Assembly: GCA_963555755.3 (NCBI GenBank)
Contig: OY820905.2
Span: 3,456,001 to 3,520,000 of the forward strand
DNA length: 64,000 bases
Direction: 5' to 3'
Source: Nitrospirales bacterium
GTDB lineage: Bacteria; Nitrospirota; Nitrospiria; Nitrospirales; UBA8639
Part shown: positions 47,637-57,585 of the stretch, piece after piece
Position numbering within the stretch: position 1 is the stretch's first letter
Layout of the letters: each line of letters begins with the position of its first letter
Notes under the pieces: model-generated
Database searches by the model: none
What the model was told of the DNA's origin: nothing
What the model saw: the letters and a program-made list of their open reading frames with translations, nothing else
Translations under genes and position numbers: made by a program

Positions 47637-50531
47637 GTGATGGCTACTCAAACTGGACATAATTGGTTCTTTGAGCCAGAGACCTTCCCGGCCAGGCATA
47701 TTGGTCCCACAGAGACAGAAATCCAGGAAATGTTGGGTGTGTTGGGATTAGCCTCCCTTGATGCCTTAGTGCAAACCACTATTCCCGATGACATTCGGCT
47801 TAAGCAACCGCTGAACCTCCCATCACAACGAAACGAACACGAGGTACTACGTGAACTCAAAGGCTTAGCCCAGCAAAACAAAGTTTTTCGATCATTTATT
47901 GGGATGGGGTATTACGATTGTTTCCCGCCACCAGTCATCCTTCGAAATATTTTAGAGAACCCGGCTTGGTACACCCAATACACCCCCTATCAAGCAGAAA
48001 TTGCTCAAGGACGATTAGAAGCCCTCCTTAACTTTCAGACAGTGATCACCGATCTCACGGGATTACCGTTAGCCAATGCCTCATTATTGGATGAAGGAAC
48101 TGCTGCCGCAGAAGCCATGGCCATGTGCCTCGCCATTGGAAAATCTTCCCGAACTAAATTTTTTGCCTCCCAAGGGTGTCACCCCCAAACCCTGGCGGTG
48201 CTTAGCACGCGGGCTAGCTCACTGGGGATTTCGCTAGATATTGCCCCCGTTGATAGCATTGATTGGGAACAGAGCTCGTACTGTGGCCTTCTTCTCCAAT
48301 ACCCGACGACCGACGGGTATCTTCGCGATTATCAGGATTTGACCCAGCGCGCTCATGATGCTGGAACAAAAGTCGTTGTGGCCACGGACCTGTTAGCCCT
48401 TACGCTATTGAAACCACCAGGAGAATTTGGTGCGGACATTGCGGTGGGATCGAGTCAACGATTTGGGGTCCCTCTTGGCTTTGGGGGTCCCCACGCAGCC
48501 TTCCTGTCAACCAAAGAAGAGTATAAACGGCAAATACCGGGACGGATCGTCGGAGCATCCAAAGACGCCAACGGTAAGACCGCCTATCGCCTTGCCCTCC
48601 AAACGCGCGAACAACATATTCGCCGGGATCGGGCCACAAGTAACATCTGCACAGCTCAAGTGCTGTTGGCGAATATCGCCGGTTTCTACGCCGTGTACCA
48701 TGGTCCCAATGGGCTCAAACGTATCGCGGAACGGGTGCACGGACTCACACAGGTTTTGGCTGAAGGCTTGACACGACTCGGATGGCAAGTCACCGACGAA
48801 CTGTTTTTCGATACGATGCGCGTTTCATCCGGGCCGTTAAAGCTGGAGAAACTGATCAAGCAAGCCACACATCATCGCATCAACTTTCGACATTTTGATG
48901 ATGGCACGTTCGGCATATCGCTAGACGAAGCCACGACGCTGGATGACCTCGATATTCTGTTTAAAACCTTCTCCAAAGATGGGCGCCTCTGGTTTTCTGC
49001 TAAAGAACTGGCTGAGCAGACAACCGTCTCTATTCCGGCGCCTTTTGCTCGAACCACGCCTTTTCTAACCCATGAAGTTTTTAATCGCTATCACTCGGAA
49101 CACGAGCTGTTGCGATACATGCATCGACTCCAATCCCGAGATCTTTCCTTGGTGCATTCGATGATTCCATTAGGATCGTGCACGATGAAACTCAATGCGA
49201 CGACTGAAATGATCCCCGTGACCTGGCCTGAATTCGGCCGAATTCATCCGTTTGCACCAAAAAACCAAACCACCGGGTATGATCAACTCTTTCAACAACT
49301 CGAGTCTTGGCTGGCGGAAATCTCGGGCTTTGCCGCAGTCTCGCTACAGCCGAATGCGGGATCTCAAGGGGAGTATGCCGGCCTAATGGTTATCAAGGCC
49401 TACCAAGTGGACCGAGGGGAGGGTCAACGGAATGTCTGTCTCATTCCTGTGTCCGCACATGGAACCAACCCAGCCAGTGCGGTGATTGCCGGACTCAAAA
49501 TGGTCCCGGTGTCCTGTGACGAACAGGGCAACATTGATGTCGCCGATCTACAGGCGAAAGCCAGCCAACATAAAGAAAATCTTACGGCCCTGATGGTGAC
49601 GTACCCTTCAACACACGGCGTGTTCGAGGAAACCATACGTGATGTATGTCGCATTGTTCATGAACATGGCGGGCAAGTCTATATGGACGGGGCCAACATG
49701 AATGCCATGGTCGGCCTCTGTCGGCCTGGGGACATGGGGGCCGATGTCTGTCATCTCAATTTGCATAAAACATTCTGCATTCCTCACGGCGGGGGCGGAC
49801 CGGGCATGGGGCCTATTGCCGTTGCTGGGCATTTGGCGCCATTCTTACCAGGGCACCCGATTCACAACCCCAGCGGAGATCAAGCCATTGGCGCGGTGTC
49901 AGCAGCACCATATGGCAGTCCCAGCATCCTGCCCATTTCCTGGGCATTCATCGCTCTGATGGGGGGAGATGGGCTTACGTATTCCACACAAGTCGCCATT
50001 CTCAGCGCCAACTATATGGCGAAGCGCCTTGAGAAAGACTACACGGTGCTGTACAGGGGCAAGGGTGGATTGTCGGCGCATGAGTTTATTCTTGACCTAC
50101 GCCCATTTAAAAAATCAGCGGACGTCGAGGTCGAAGACGTGGCCAAACGCCTCATGGATTTTGGCTTTCATGCGCCAACGATTTCTTGGCCGGTTCCCGG
50201 CACCATGATGATCGAACCCACGGAGAGCGAGTCAAAGACCGAGCTGGATCGGTATTGTGAAGCCCTGATTACGATTCGCAGAGAAATTGAGGCCATTGAA
50301 GAGGGCCGACTCCCTCGAGATGATAATCCCTTGAAGAACGCCCCCCACACCATCGAAGTGGTCAGCAGTTCCCAATGGACCCATCCATATACCCAGGAAC
50401 AGGCTGCGTTTCCCGTGCCCTGGTTGCGTGAGTACAAGTTCTGGCCATCCGTCTCGCGGATAGATAATGCCTATGGCGATCGGAATCTGGTGTGTACCTG
50501 TCCACCAATGGAAAGTTTTCAGGACTCGTAG
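47637..50531 (+). CDS. gcvP: Glycine dehydrogenase (decarboxylating), P protein
   Basis: [38 protein letters not shown]. Confidence 0.97.
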   Translation: MMATQTGHNWFFEPETFPARHIGPTETEIQEMLGVLGLASLDALVQTTIPDDIRLKQPLNLPSQRNEHEVLRELKGLAQQNKVFRSFIGMGYYDCFPPPVILRNILENPAWYTQYTPYQAEIAQGRLEALLNFQTVITDLTGLPLANASLLDEGTAAAEAMAMCLAIGKSSRTKFFASQGCHPQTLAVLSTRASSLGISLDIAPVDSIDWEQSSYCGLLLQYPTTDGYLRDYQDLTQRAHDAGTKVVVATDLLALTLLKPPGEFGADIAVGSSQRFGVPLGFGGPHAAFLSTKEEYKRQIPGRIVGASKDANGKTAYRLALQTREQHIRRDRATSNICTAQVLLANIAGFYAVYHGPNGLKRIAERVHGLTQVLAEGLTRLGWQVTDELFFDTMRVSSGPLKLEKLIKQATHHRINFRHFDDGTFGISLDEATTLDDLDILFKTFSKDGRLWFSAKELAEQTTVSIPAPFARTTPFLTHEVFNRYHSEHELLRYMHRLQSRDLSLVHSMIPLGSCTMKLNATTEMIPVTWPEFGRIHPFAPKNQTTGYDQLFQQLESWLAEISGFAAVSLQPNAGSQGEYAGLMVIKAYQVDRGEGQRNVCLIPVSAHGTNPASAVIAGLKMVPVSCDEQGNIDVADLQAKASQHKENLTALMVTYPSTHGVFEETIRDVCRIVHEHGGQVYMDGANMNAMVGLCRPGDMGADVCHLNLHKTFCIPHGGGGPGMGPIAVAGHLAPFLPGHPIHNPSGDQAIGAVSAAPYGSPSILPISWAFIALMGGDGLTYSTQVAILSANYMAKRLEKDYTVLYRGKGGLSAHEFILDLRPFKKSADVEVEDVAKRLMDFGFHAPTISWPVPGTMMIEPTESESKTELDRYCEALITIRREIEAIEEGRLPRDDNPLKNAPHTIEVVSSSQWTHPYTQEQAAFPVPWLREYKFWPSVSRIDNAYGDRNLVCTCPPMESFQDS

Positions 50532-50617
50532 TCTCCACCCCCACCCCCCAGAAGCCTGTCAAAAGGCTATCGTTTAATGGGTAAGGAACATCATTGCCCA
50601 GGGGCACAACCCCGCTA

Positions 50618-50758
50618 GGGCACCTCTAAAAACCAGGCATTTTTTGTGAGGGCAAGGAAGCCGCGCGCGGAAAACCGGAGTGTATGGGCGAATACATGAG
50701 GATGTGAGCACGCGGCTGACGCCGCCATCACGGAAAAGGACGGTTTTTAGAGGTGCCC
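50618..50758 (+). mobile_element. MITE family E, copy 2
   Basis: Near-exact reverse complement of 47107-47247. Confidence 0.8.
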
Positions 50759-50788
50759 ATTAGATAGAAAAACAAAAAAATCCCTAAG

Positions 50789-51097
50789 AGGTCTGTTGAA
50801 TATTTCAGGTCAAGGACCCAAAGATGCTCCAGGAAAGACGGCTCACATCAGTGGGAGGGAATGTTCAAAAAAGCATGCCCTGAGTCTTTCCGAAGGGTCC
50901 GTCCAGCAAGGCCGCAACTCTTCCCGGCCTTCGTAGCTCACTTCGGCGGAGTAGGCTTGACGCGCGGAGCGTACTCTCAGTACGTGAGCACGACAAAAGG
51001 GCGACCTGCCTGCGCGAAGCCGCTCCGGCAGGCAAGGAACGCTCTGGCTTGTCAGCCGTAGCTTTACCGAAGGCTGGCGGCTTTTTTCAACATTCCC
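50789..51097 (+). mobile_element. MITE family D, long form with several small hairpin inserts
   Basis: CTAAG duplication; family D core. Confidence 0.75.
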
Positions 51098-51101
51098 CTA
51101 A

Positions 51102-51258
51102 GGGTTCGCGCAAGAATAACTCCCCATGTTTGGGTGCTGAGACACCTGTCTGGCCAGGCGCGAGGACTGCGCATACTCCTCGTATGGAAAGGACGAGCAA
51201 CGCCGCCAGACGGGATGGATCGACGCCCAAACATGGGGAGTTATTCTTGCGCGAACCC
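51102..51258. mobile_element. MITE family B, copy 4
   Basis: Family B terminal repeats, TAA duplication. Confidence 0.85.
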
Positions 51259-51797
51259 TAAGGGTTGGGCGCGGACCATTGCGGGATGCGAGAGGGTTGG
51301 TTTTCTAAATGACTGGTATCGTAAATCCGTTCTTCCCCGGTAATGCCATCTTCATGAGGATCGGACCACATTTCGCCTTTGGACGTTTCAAATTCCCCAT
51401 TGCCATTGAGATCGACCCAATAAAACAAGGGGGACCCGACCGTCACTACCACGGGCGTTCCAAATTCATCGAGCCACACTTTGTAGGTTCGCCGGGCGGT
51501 CATGTAATCCACGTGGCCCGACCCGTTCATATCGAATTCACGGAAGAATAAATCGTTGCGCCAATCGTAATACGCTTTGACCTCTCGATCATCAAATTCA
51601 TCGGGCTCTTGAGGGATGGGGGAATAATCTCGAAGGTGTTTGCCTCGGTTGACCTCCGGATGTGTTTCACTCTTCCCATCTATGGATGCAGAGGGTGAGG
51701 TCTCTTCACCCAACACAGGAGTAATGGGTAGACAAATGACAAGCAAAAGACTCGCCATTGAACATGCGACTAGTGATGCCACTTGTTTTTGATTCAT
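51258..51797 (-). CDS. Hypothetical secreted protein with DxNxxG-type motifs
   Basis: Signal peptide; DMNGSGHVD and DLNGNGEFE. Confidence 0.7.
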   Translation of the reverse strand: MNQKQVASLVACSMASLLLVICLPITPVLGEETSPSASIDGKSETHPEVNRGKHLRDYSPIPQEPDEFDDREVKAYYDWRNDLFFREFDMNGSGHVDYMTARRTYKVWLDEFGTPVVVTVGSPLFYWVDLNGNGEFETSKGEMWSDPHEDGITGEERIYDTSHLENQPSRIPQWSAPNP

Positions 51798-52004
51798 GAA
51801 TCAGGTTAGCGATTTCAGTTGAACATTTAATTGATACATTCGGGGAACCTGCTTGGGACTCATATAATCGCCTAGCCACCCTTGCTCTTTGAGTTCATCT
51901 TACCACAAAACCGGCAGTGTCCCGCAGTACCCGAATAGATGGTGGGCCATCTTTTCCTTGTCACATTGTGAGCTTATCCCCGGTCTGGCACAATGTGCAT
52001 CCTT

Positions 52005-54278
52005 ATGCCACCGATCTTTGCTGAAGTTATTTTCCCTCAACGCGTATCGCAATCTTTCACCTACCGGGTTCCAGCTTCTTGGCACGAATCCCTGAAGGTC
52101 GGCCATTGGGTTTTAGCTCCGTTTGGACACACCGCCCGTCCAGGCTTTGTGGTAGCTATGGCAGAACACCCATCCGACCCCACCCTGCCCGAAAACCGAA
52201 TCCGCGAACTTGAAGAACATCTTTCTGCATCACCTGACTTTGATGTTGATCCCACACTAATTGCCCTCGCTGAATGGATGGCGGACTATTACATCGCGCC
52301 GTTGGGTGTATGCTTTCAACTCATTCAGTCACCTCGCCTTCCGTTTAAAACCTCATCGCGACTCCAGATCACACCCTTGGGACAACAGGCCATGGAAAGG
52401 GGTCGATTATCCGACTCTGCCAAAAACCTGTTGGAGGCATTAAACCGGAGAGCAAAAGGGTTGACCCTCGCCTCTCTTAAAAAGATCGTCACAACGGCTT
52501 CTACAACTGTCACTCAGCTCAAACGGAAGAAATGGCTCGAAGAGATTCACACCTACACCATCGCCTCAGGCTTTGAAGAACTAAGACCGGATGCCAAAAC
52601 CTTTCGCCCTTCACAGAGCAAGAAGGTTTCCCCCCGAGAAAAAAAATTAACCGACGCACCATCTTGGTGGAAGGACTTTCAACAACACCTCACTCGGAAA
52701 TCTTTCGGAGAGTATTTCACGAATGATACGGGTCGGCAATTCACCACCCTTCTCGACCGTATGATCCGAGAAACCCTTCACCAAAAACGAACGGCCCTAA
52801 TCATTTTGCCTGATATTAACCAGGCCACATCATGGGCTCATATCTTGGGTACAGACTTGGGAATCCCAGTGGGAATCTTCCATAGCGGATTAACGGACAC
52901 GGCTCGAATGAAAGAATGGCAGGCGATCAATCAACGACGCTACCAAGTGGTCGTCGGAACCAGGTCAGCGGTGTTTGTCCCGATTTCTTCCTTGGGCCTC
53001 ATGTGTCTCAGTCATGAAGAAGACTTCTCCTTTAAAGATGAACAAAGCCCGTATTATCACACGCGCGAAGTGGCGAGGAAACGAGCACGACTGAGCCATG
53101 GCACCTTACTTCTGCACTCTCCTCACCCATCATTGGAAACGGTTCATCACTTCTCAACATCCACCAAACCGGACAATGAAGTTTCCTGCGAGGCCCGCAG
53201 TGAAGAGAACTCCATCCAAGTCGTGGATCACCATCACATTCCTTATGGTACGACGATTTCTCATGAGATGCGACAAGGAATCGAACACGCACTCTCGACT
53301 GGTGGTGGGATTGTGATCTTCCACAATCGAAAAGGATTTTCCTCCTCAATCGTGTGCCGGGATTGCGGAACGGCTGCGCAATGTGCAAGCTGCCAGATAC
53401 CCTTTGGGCTCCTCGCGGCTCCACCGCAACTGCGGTGTCCATATTGTGGGATCACGGAATCGGTTCCGGTGGTGTGTCCGGCCTGTTCTGGCTCCCTCCT
53501 CGACCCCAGCGGCTTTGGCACGGAACGGCTCGAACAAGAATTACGGCGAGAATTTCCAGACGCCACGGTGGGACGATTGGACCGCAATAACGTTCGAACA
53601 GAATCTGCTGCCCGGAGCATCCGTGCCCAATTTTGCCAGGGAGCCATTCAGATACTCGTCGGCACGGAAATGTTGTTCCATGGAACGCCCCTATCGCCCG
53701 TACGATTTGTCGGCATCCCCTATGCTGACGCCGGACTTCATCTTCCCGATTTCCGTTCCGCTGAACGGGTCTATCACCACATGCAATCAGCGATCAATCT
53801 CATGACGGACTGGGGCAAGATTGGCCAAGTTGTCATTCAAACTCGCCTACCATCTCATCATGTGATGCAAGCCATTACCCGACAACTTCCGTCATTCTTT
53901 TATAACCACGAGCTGGCCTTCCGTGAAGCCGTCGGGTATCCACCCTTTGTCCACTTTATTCAGATGGCCGTGTCAGGAAACAATCAGGGCTTGGTACAAG
54001 AGGCAGCGGGGCAATGGGTTCAATCCTTGGCCAGTCAGGTCGCACACGGCTTGTCGAATCGACCATTCAATCTGGCTGTAGACACAAACATTTTAGGACC
54101 GATCGCCTCGCATACGTTTAAGCATCGACGGCTTCATCGTGAAACCATTCTATTCAAAGCAGTTGATGTTGATCAGGCTAGGACCGCCATTCGCCGCACG
54201 TATGCAACAATGGCCGCAAACAAGCTCTACAAGGGATTGCAGTTTGGCATCAACGTCGATCCGATGCAGATGTTGTAG
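52005..54278 (+). CDS. priA: Primosomal protein N' with degenerate helicase motifs
   Basis: FTY.VP...PFG, W.A.YY, VVGTRSAVF, NRKG, four CxxC, GTERLE, YPPF, VDP. Confidence 0.88.
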   Translation: MPPIFAEVIFPQRVSQSFTYRVPASWHESLKVGHWVLAPFGHTARPGFVVAMAEHPSDPTLPENRIRELEEHLSASPDFDVDPTLIALAEWMADYYIAPLGVCFQLIQSPRLPFKTSSRLQITPLGQQAMERGRLSDSAKNLLEALNRRAKGLTLASLKKIVTTASTTVTQLKRKKWLEEIHTYTIASGFEELRPDAKTFRPSQSKKVSPREKKLTDAPSWWKDFQQHLTRKSFGEYFTNDTGRQFTTLLDRMIRETLHQKRTALIILPDINQATSWAHILGTDLGIPVGIFHSGLTDTARMKEWQAINQRRYQVVVGTRSAVFVPISSLGLMCLSHEEDFSFKDEQSPYYHTREVARKRARLSHGTLLLHSPHPSLETVHHFSTSTKPDNEVSCEARSEENSIQVVDHHHIPYGTTISHEMRQGIEHALSTGGGIVIFHNRKGFSSSIVCRDCGTAAQCASCQIPFGLLAAPPQLRCPYCGITESVPVVCPACSGSLLDPSGFGTERLEQELRREFPDATVGRLDRNNVRTESAARSIRAQFCQGAIQILVGTEMLFHGTPLSPVRFVGIPYADAGLHLPDFRSAERVYHHMQSAINLMTDWGKIGQVVIQTRLPSHHVMQAITRQLPSFFYNHELAFREAVGYPPFVHFIQMAVSGNNQGLVQEAAGQWVQSLASQVAHGLSNRPFNLAVDTNILGPIASHTFKHRRLHRETILFKAVDVDQARTAIRRTYATMAANKLYKGLQFGINVDPMQML

Positions 54279-54372
54279 GGGGGGAAGCGTAACGCGTGAT
54301 GCGTGATGAGAAAAAACCAGTATTCTTTTCTTTACGCTTCACGGATCACGCGTTACGCATCACGAAGGTTTC

Positions 54373-54816
54373 CTACCGTTTCTTTCTCCGTTGTGCTTTG
54401 GCCTGGTTAGCCGATAGGGATTCAATCGATGAAGGATCTTCGACTTTGGGTCGAATGCGGCGAAAAATTCCATAGGCAAACGTTAACCAGAAGACACCGG
54501 AAAACACCCCAAACATGACGGCGGTAAAGACACGTTGCATGTCTTCGAGCGGAGGTTCCGGGCCAAATTGTTCCAGCTCTCCTACCATTTGAAATGGCCA
54601 GGACAAACTTTCCAACCCTAAAAGCATGGTTGACCACATCCATATATGCCCGGTAGTCGGGCACACCTTGGCATAGAGGATCGTCAATCCGACAATCATG
54701 ACGACGGTAATCGATGAAGAAAGATCTCCTTGAAGAAACCATAGCCCCACAGTCACAGCTATGGCTCCAAGAACAGCGTTGATTAAAAAGACAGGGGTAT
54801 TCGGCATGGAACGCAC
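54373..54816 (-). CDS. Hypothetical membrane protein
   Basis: About four hydrophobic segments. Confidence 0.7.
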   Translation of the reverse strand: MRSMPNTPVFLINAVLGAIAVTVGLWFLQGDLSSSITVVMIVGLTILYAKVCPTTGHIWMWSTMLLGLESLSWPFQMVGELEQFGPEPPLEDMQRVFTAVMFGVFSGVFWLTFAYGIFRRIRPKVEDPSSIESLSANQAKAQRRKKR

Positions 54817-54876
54817 CTTATCACATTAATTCTTGCTTCCACACGGAGCCCATGCCTGTTCTGGGAAAGTTAAAAC

Positions 54877-55066
54877 GGGCCGGTTGAACATTTCACTCCA
54901 ACAGCCAATAAAAGCTCCAGATGAGCCACGCATTGTCAGTGGGAGGGAATGTTCAAAAAAGTTCGTCCAGCAAGGCCGCAGCCGTTTTGACGAGCGGAGC
55001 GTACTCATAGTACGTGAGCACGGCAAAAGGGGGAGAACGCCGCTGGCGGCTTTTTTCAACATTCCC
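54877..55066 (+). mobile_element. MITE family D, long form
   Basis: 5-bp AAAAC duplication; family D ends and core. Confidence 0.8.
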
Positions 55067-55143
55067 AAAACGGAATCTGAAAAACGATGCAAAAAACCCA
55101 AGGACAGGTCAGACTCAAAGATACGGCTGTACAGAGAAGGAAG

Positions 55144-55860
55144 TTAGACAATATCCGAAGACAATGGTTCTTCTTCGGCAGAGGTATGAGAGGAAAGCCC
55201 AGTCGAAGGCAGTTCTTTGGGATGGATCAGGGTCAAGCAATCTTCCGCCACAGGGTCTTTGTGGAACAGGGCATAGATTGGAAATATTTTAGACGCATGG
55301 CCTCCCTGCTGAGAAGGCAATAACACTGGGACTTCTACCCACGGTGAGGGTGTATCCAAACTTGCCAAGCGAAGGCGAACGGCTAACAGCATATCTCGGA
55401 TTCGGGTCTCTCCCTCAGGAGTCCCAACTTCCGATGAATCGGCGATACTCCGACTCCACAAAGACTTGGTGATGCCAACGGCCAAATTAAATCCTACACC
55501 TTTGGCCTTCTTGCTCACATCGATAAGCAGACCTGCATCAATCGCTTCCTGGCGAGACGTAATGTGACGAGAAGGCTCCTGTGCCTCGGATGCTGGGATC
55601 ACCGTCTGTTCTTCCGATGATGCGCCAAGATTTAAGGTTTCTTCGAAAAGCCCCTCCGCCCCCACCGGGATCTCGATTGAATCAACATCCGTTTCAACTG
55701 GCTCGAAGGAATCAACGGTTAAGCCTCTCGCATGCAACACTCCGTCATACACGGCCCGGGCCGACTTGGACCAAGACGAATGAAAGGGCCTTCCTTGGTA
55801 CGCCGCTTCCGCCGCTTTTTTCTCATCATGGCTCAAGGCACGTGGTAGTTTCATATCCAT
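55144..55860 (-). CDS. Hypothetical protein (C-terminal DUF6573-like segment)
   Basis: SRQEAIDAGLLIDVS..A...GF...V.IT..LW pattern, recalled rather than verified. Confidence 0.6.
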   Translation of the reverse strand: MDMKLPRALSHDEKKAAEAAYQGRPFHSSWSKSARAVYDGVLHARGLTVDSFEPVETDVDSIEIPVGAEGLFEETLNLGASSEEQTVIPASEAQEPSRHITSRQEAIDAGLLIDVSKKAKGVGFNLAVGITKSLWSRSIADSSEVGTPEGETRIRDMLLAVRLRLASLDTPSPWVEVPVLLPSQQGGHASKIFPIYALFHKDPVAEDCLTLIHPKELPSTGLSSHTSAEEEPLSSDIV

Positions 55861-56035
55861 ACTTCAAATTAATAAGGCTCAGAGATCCACAAGTCAAGGT
55901 CTGTGCATTTTTAAACTTGACAAATATTCATGTTTATTCACAGCCCCCAATTATACGATGTGGTTTTCGCAATGAAAAATAAGGAAATCCGCGTAAAAAA
56001 TGGGGCATTGGGCAACAAACACATCTATTCAGACT

Positions 56036-57544
56036 TTACGGAATGAGGCCTGGGGAAGATTGGGCAAATTGTACTCCACCCACCTGGTTCACCAAATGCG
56101 TGACACTGGCATCCATCATTTCCATCAATGGACCAGGATACAGGCCAATCCACAGCACGAGGACGGCTAAGGGAATGACCGTTGCTAATTCACGATAGCT
56201 TAAGTCAGGGAGAAGCGAGGCGGCTTTTGTATTGGGCTCACCCAGGGCCACTCGTTGCAACATCCAAAGCATATAGGCCGCAGCCAAGACGATGCCCACC
56301 ATCGCGAGTAACACCATCACAAAACTTTTGAAGGAGGTACCGATGAGTACCAAGAATTCACCGATAAAATTACACGTACCCGGCAGGCCAAATGACGCAA
56401 TGGAGAAAAGACAAAACAACGTCACAAACCGAGGCATGGTTTTGTGAAGGCCGCCATAGGCACTGATGTCGCGATTGTGTGTCCGGTCATACAACTGACC
56501 GACTGCCAAAAATAGGGCTCCTGTTGTAATACCATGATTAAACATCTGAAGAATCGCGCCCTGAATGCCCTGGCTATTGAAGACAAAAATTCCAAGCGTC
56601 ACAAATCCCATATGGGAAATCGAAGAATAGGCGACCAGCTTTTTAAGATCCGACTGTGCCAAGGCCATGTACCCGCCGTAGATGATAGCCGCGATCGACA
56701 ACCATAAAATAAACGGCGCAAATTGTGCTGAAGCCTCTGGAAACATAGGCAGGCAAAATCGCAAAAACCCATACCCGCCCATTTTCAACAACACTCCAGC
56801 GAGAAGAACACTTCCCGCGGTTGGGGCTTCCGCATGGGCATCAGGCAACCACGTATGGAAAGGCAGCATGGGTATCTTGATGGCAAAGGCTAAAAAGAAC
56901 GCTAAGAAAATCCAAAACTGTACATCCGATGAATAGGTGTGATTGGTGAGGGCCACAATATCAAAAGTGCGGCCCCCTTCGAGATACAGACCTAAAATCC
57001 CCACGAGTAACAACAAGCTACCCGTGAGGCTGTACAGAACAAACTTGATGCCTGCGGCAATCCGGTCGGGTCCTCCCCACAGGATAATCATGAAATACAT
57101 GGGAATCATGGTGATTTCCCACAGCATGAAGAAGAGGAAAAGATCCAGTGCGGTAAAGACCACAATCATGGCGCCTTCAACTAGAAGGATCAGCATCATG
57201 AAGGCTCTGACCCTCGTGGTGATGGACGTCCAAGAGCAGAGGACACAAAGCGGACAGAGAAGAGCCGTTAACAAAACCAGCAGGATGCTAATTCCATCGA
57301 CACCCACGGCATACTGAATGTTGAAGGTGGGCATCCACTGCATACGCTCAACGAACTGCATGCTATGCTGTCCGAAATCAAAACCAGACCAGAGCATGAG
57401 GGACAGCCCAAAATTTAGCAGGGTAGCAGCGAGCGCCGTTCGACGAATCCACTCTTGATTTTGAACGAATGCCAGAGCGGCAATTCCAAGAACAGGAATG
57501 GCAATCATCCAACTAAGAATGTGATCGGCAAAGATAAAGCTCAT
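56036..57544 (-). CDS. NuoM-like antiporter-type membrane subunit
   Basis: GVDGIS, FFMLWE, KIPMLPFHTWLPDAHAEAP, LLKMGGYG, AYSSISHMG. Confidence 0.9.
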   Translation of the reverse strand: MSFIFADHILSWMIAIPVLGIAALAFVQNQEWIRRTALAATLLNFGLSLMLWSGFDFGQHSMQFVERMQWMPTFNIQYAVGVDGISILLVLLTALLCPLCVLCSWTSITTRVRAFMMLILLVEGAMIVVFTALDLFLFFMLWEITMIPMYFMIILWGGPDRIAAGIKFVLYSLTGSLLLLVGILGLYLEGGRTFDIVALTNHTYSSDVQFWIFLAFFLAFAIKIPMLPFHTWLPDAHAEAPTAGSVLLAGVLLKMGGYGFLRFCLPMFPEASAQFAPFILWLSIAAIIYGGYMALAQSDLKKLVAYSSISHMGFVTLGIFVFNSQGIQGAILQMFNHGITTGALFLAVGQLYDRTHNRDISAYGGLHKTMPRFVTLFCLFSIASFGLPGTCNFIGEFLVLIGTSFKSFVMVLLAMVGIVLAAAYMLWMLQRVALGEPNTKAASLLPDLSYRELATVIPLAVLVLWIGLYPGPLMEMMDASVTHLVNQVGGVQFAQSSPGLIP

Positions 57545-57585
57545 GGGATCCCCTTCTCCCTACACAAGTTCCAATAGGGTTCTCA

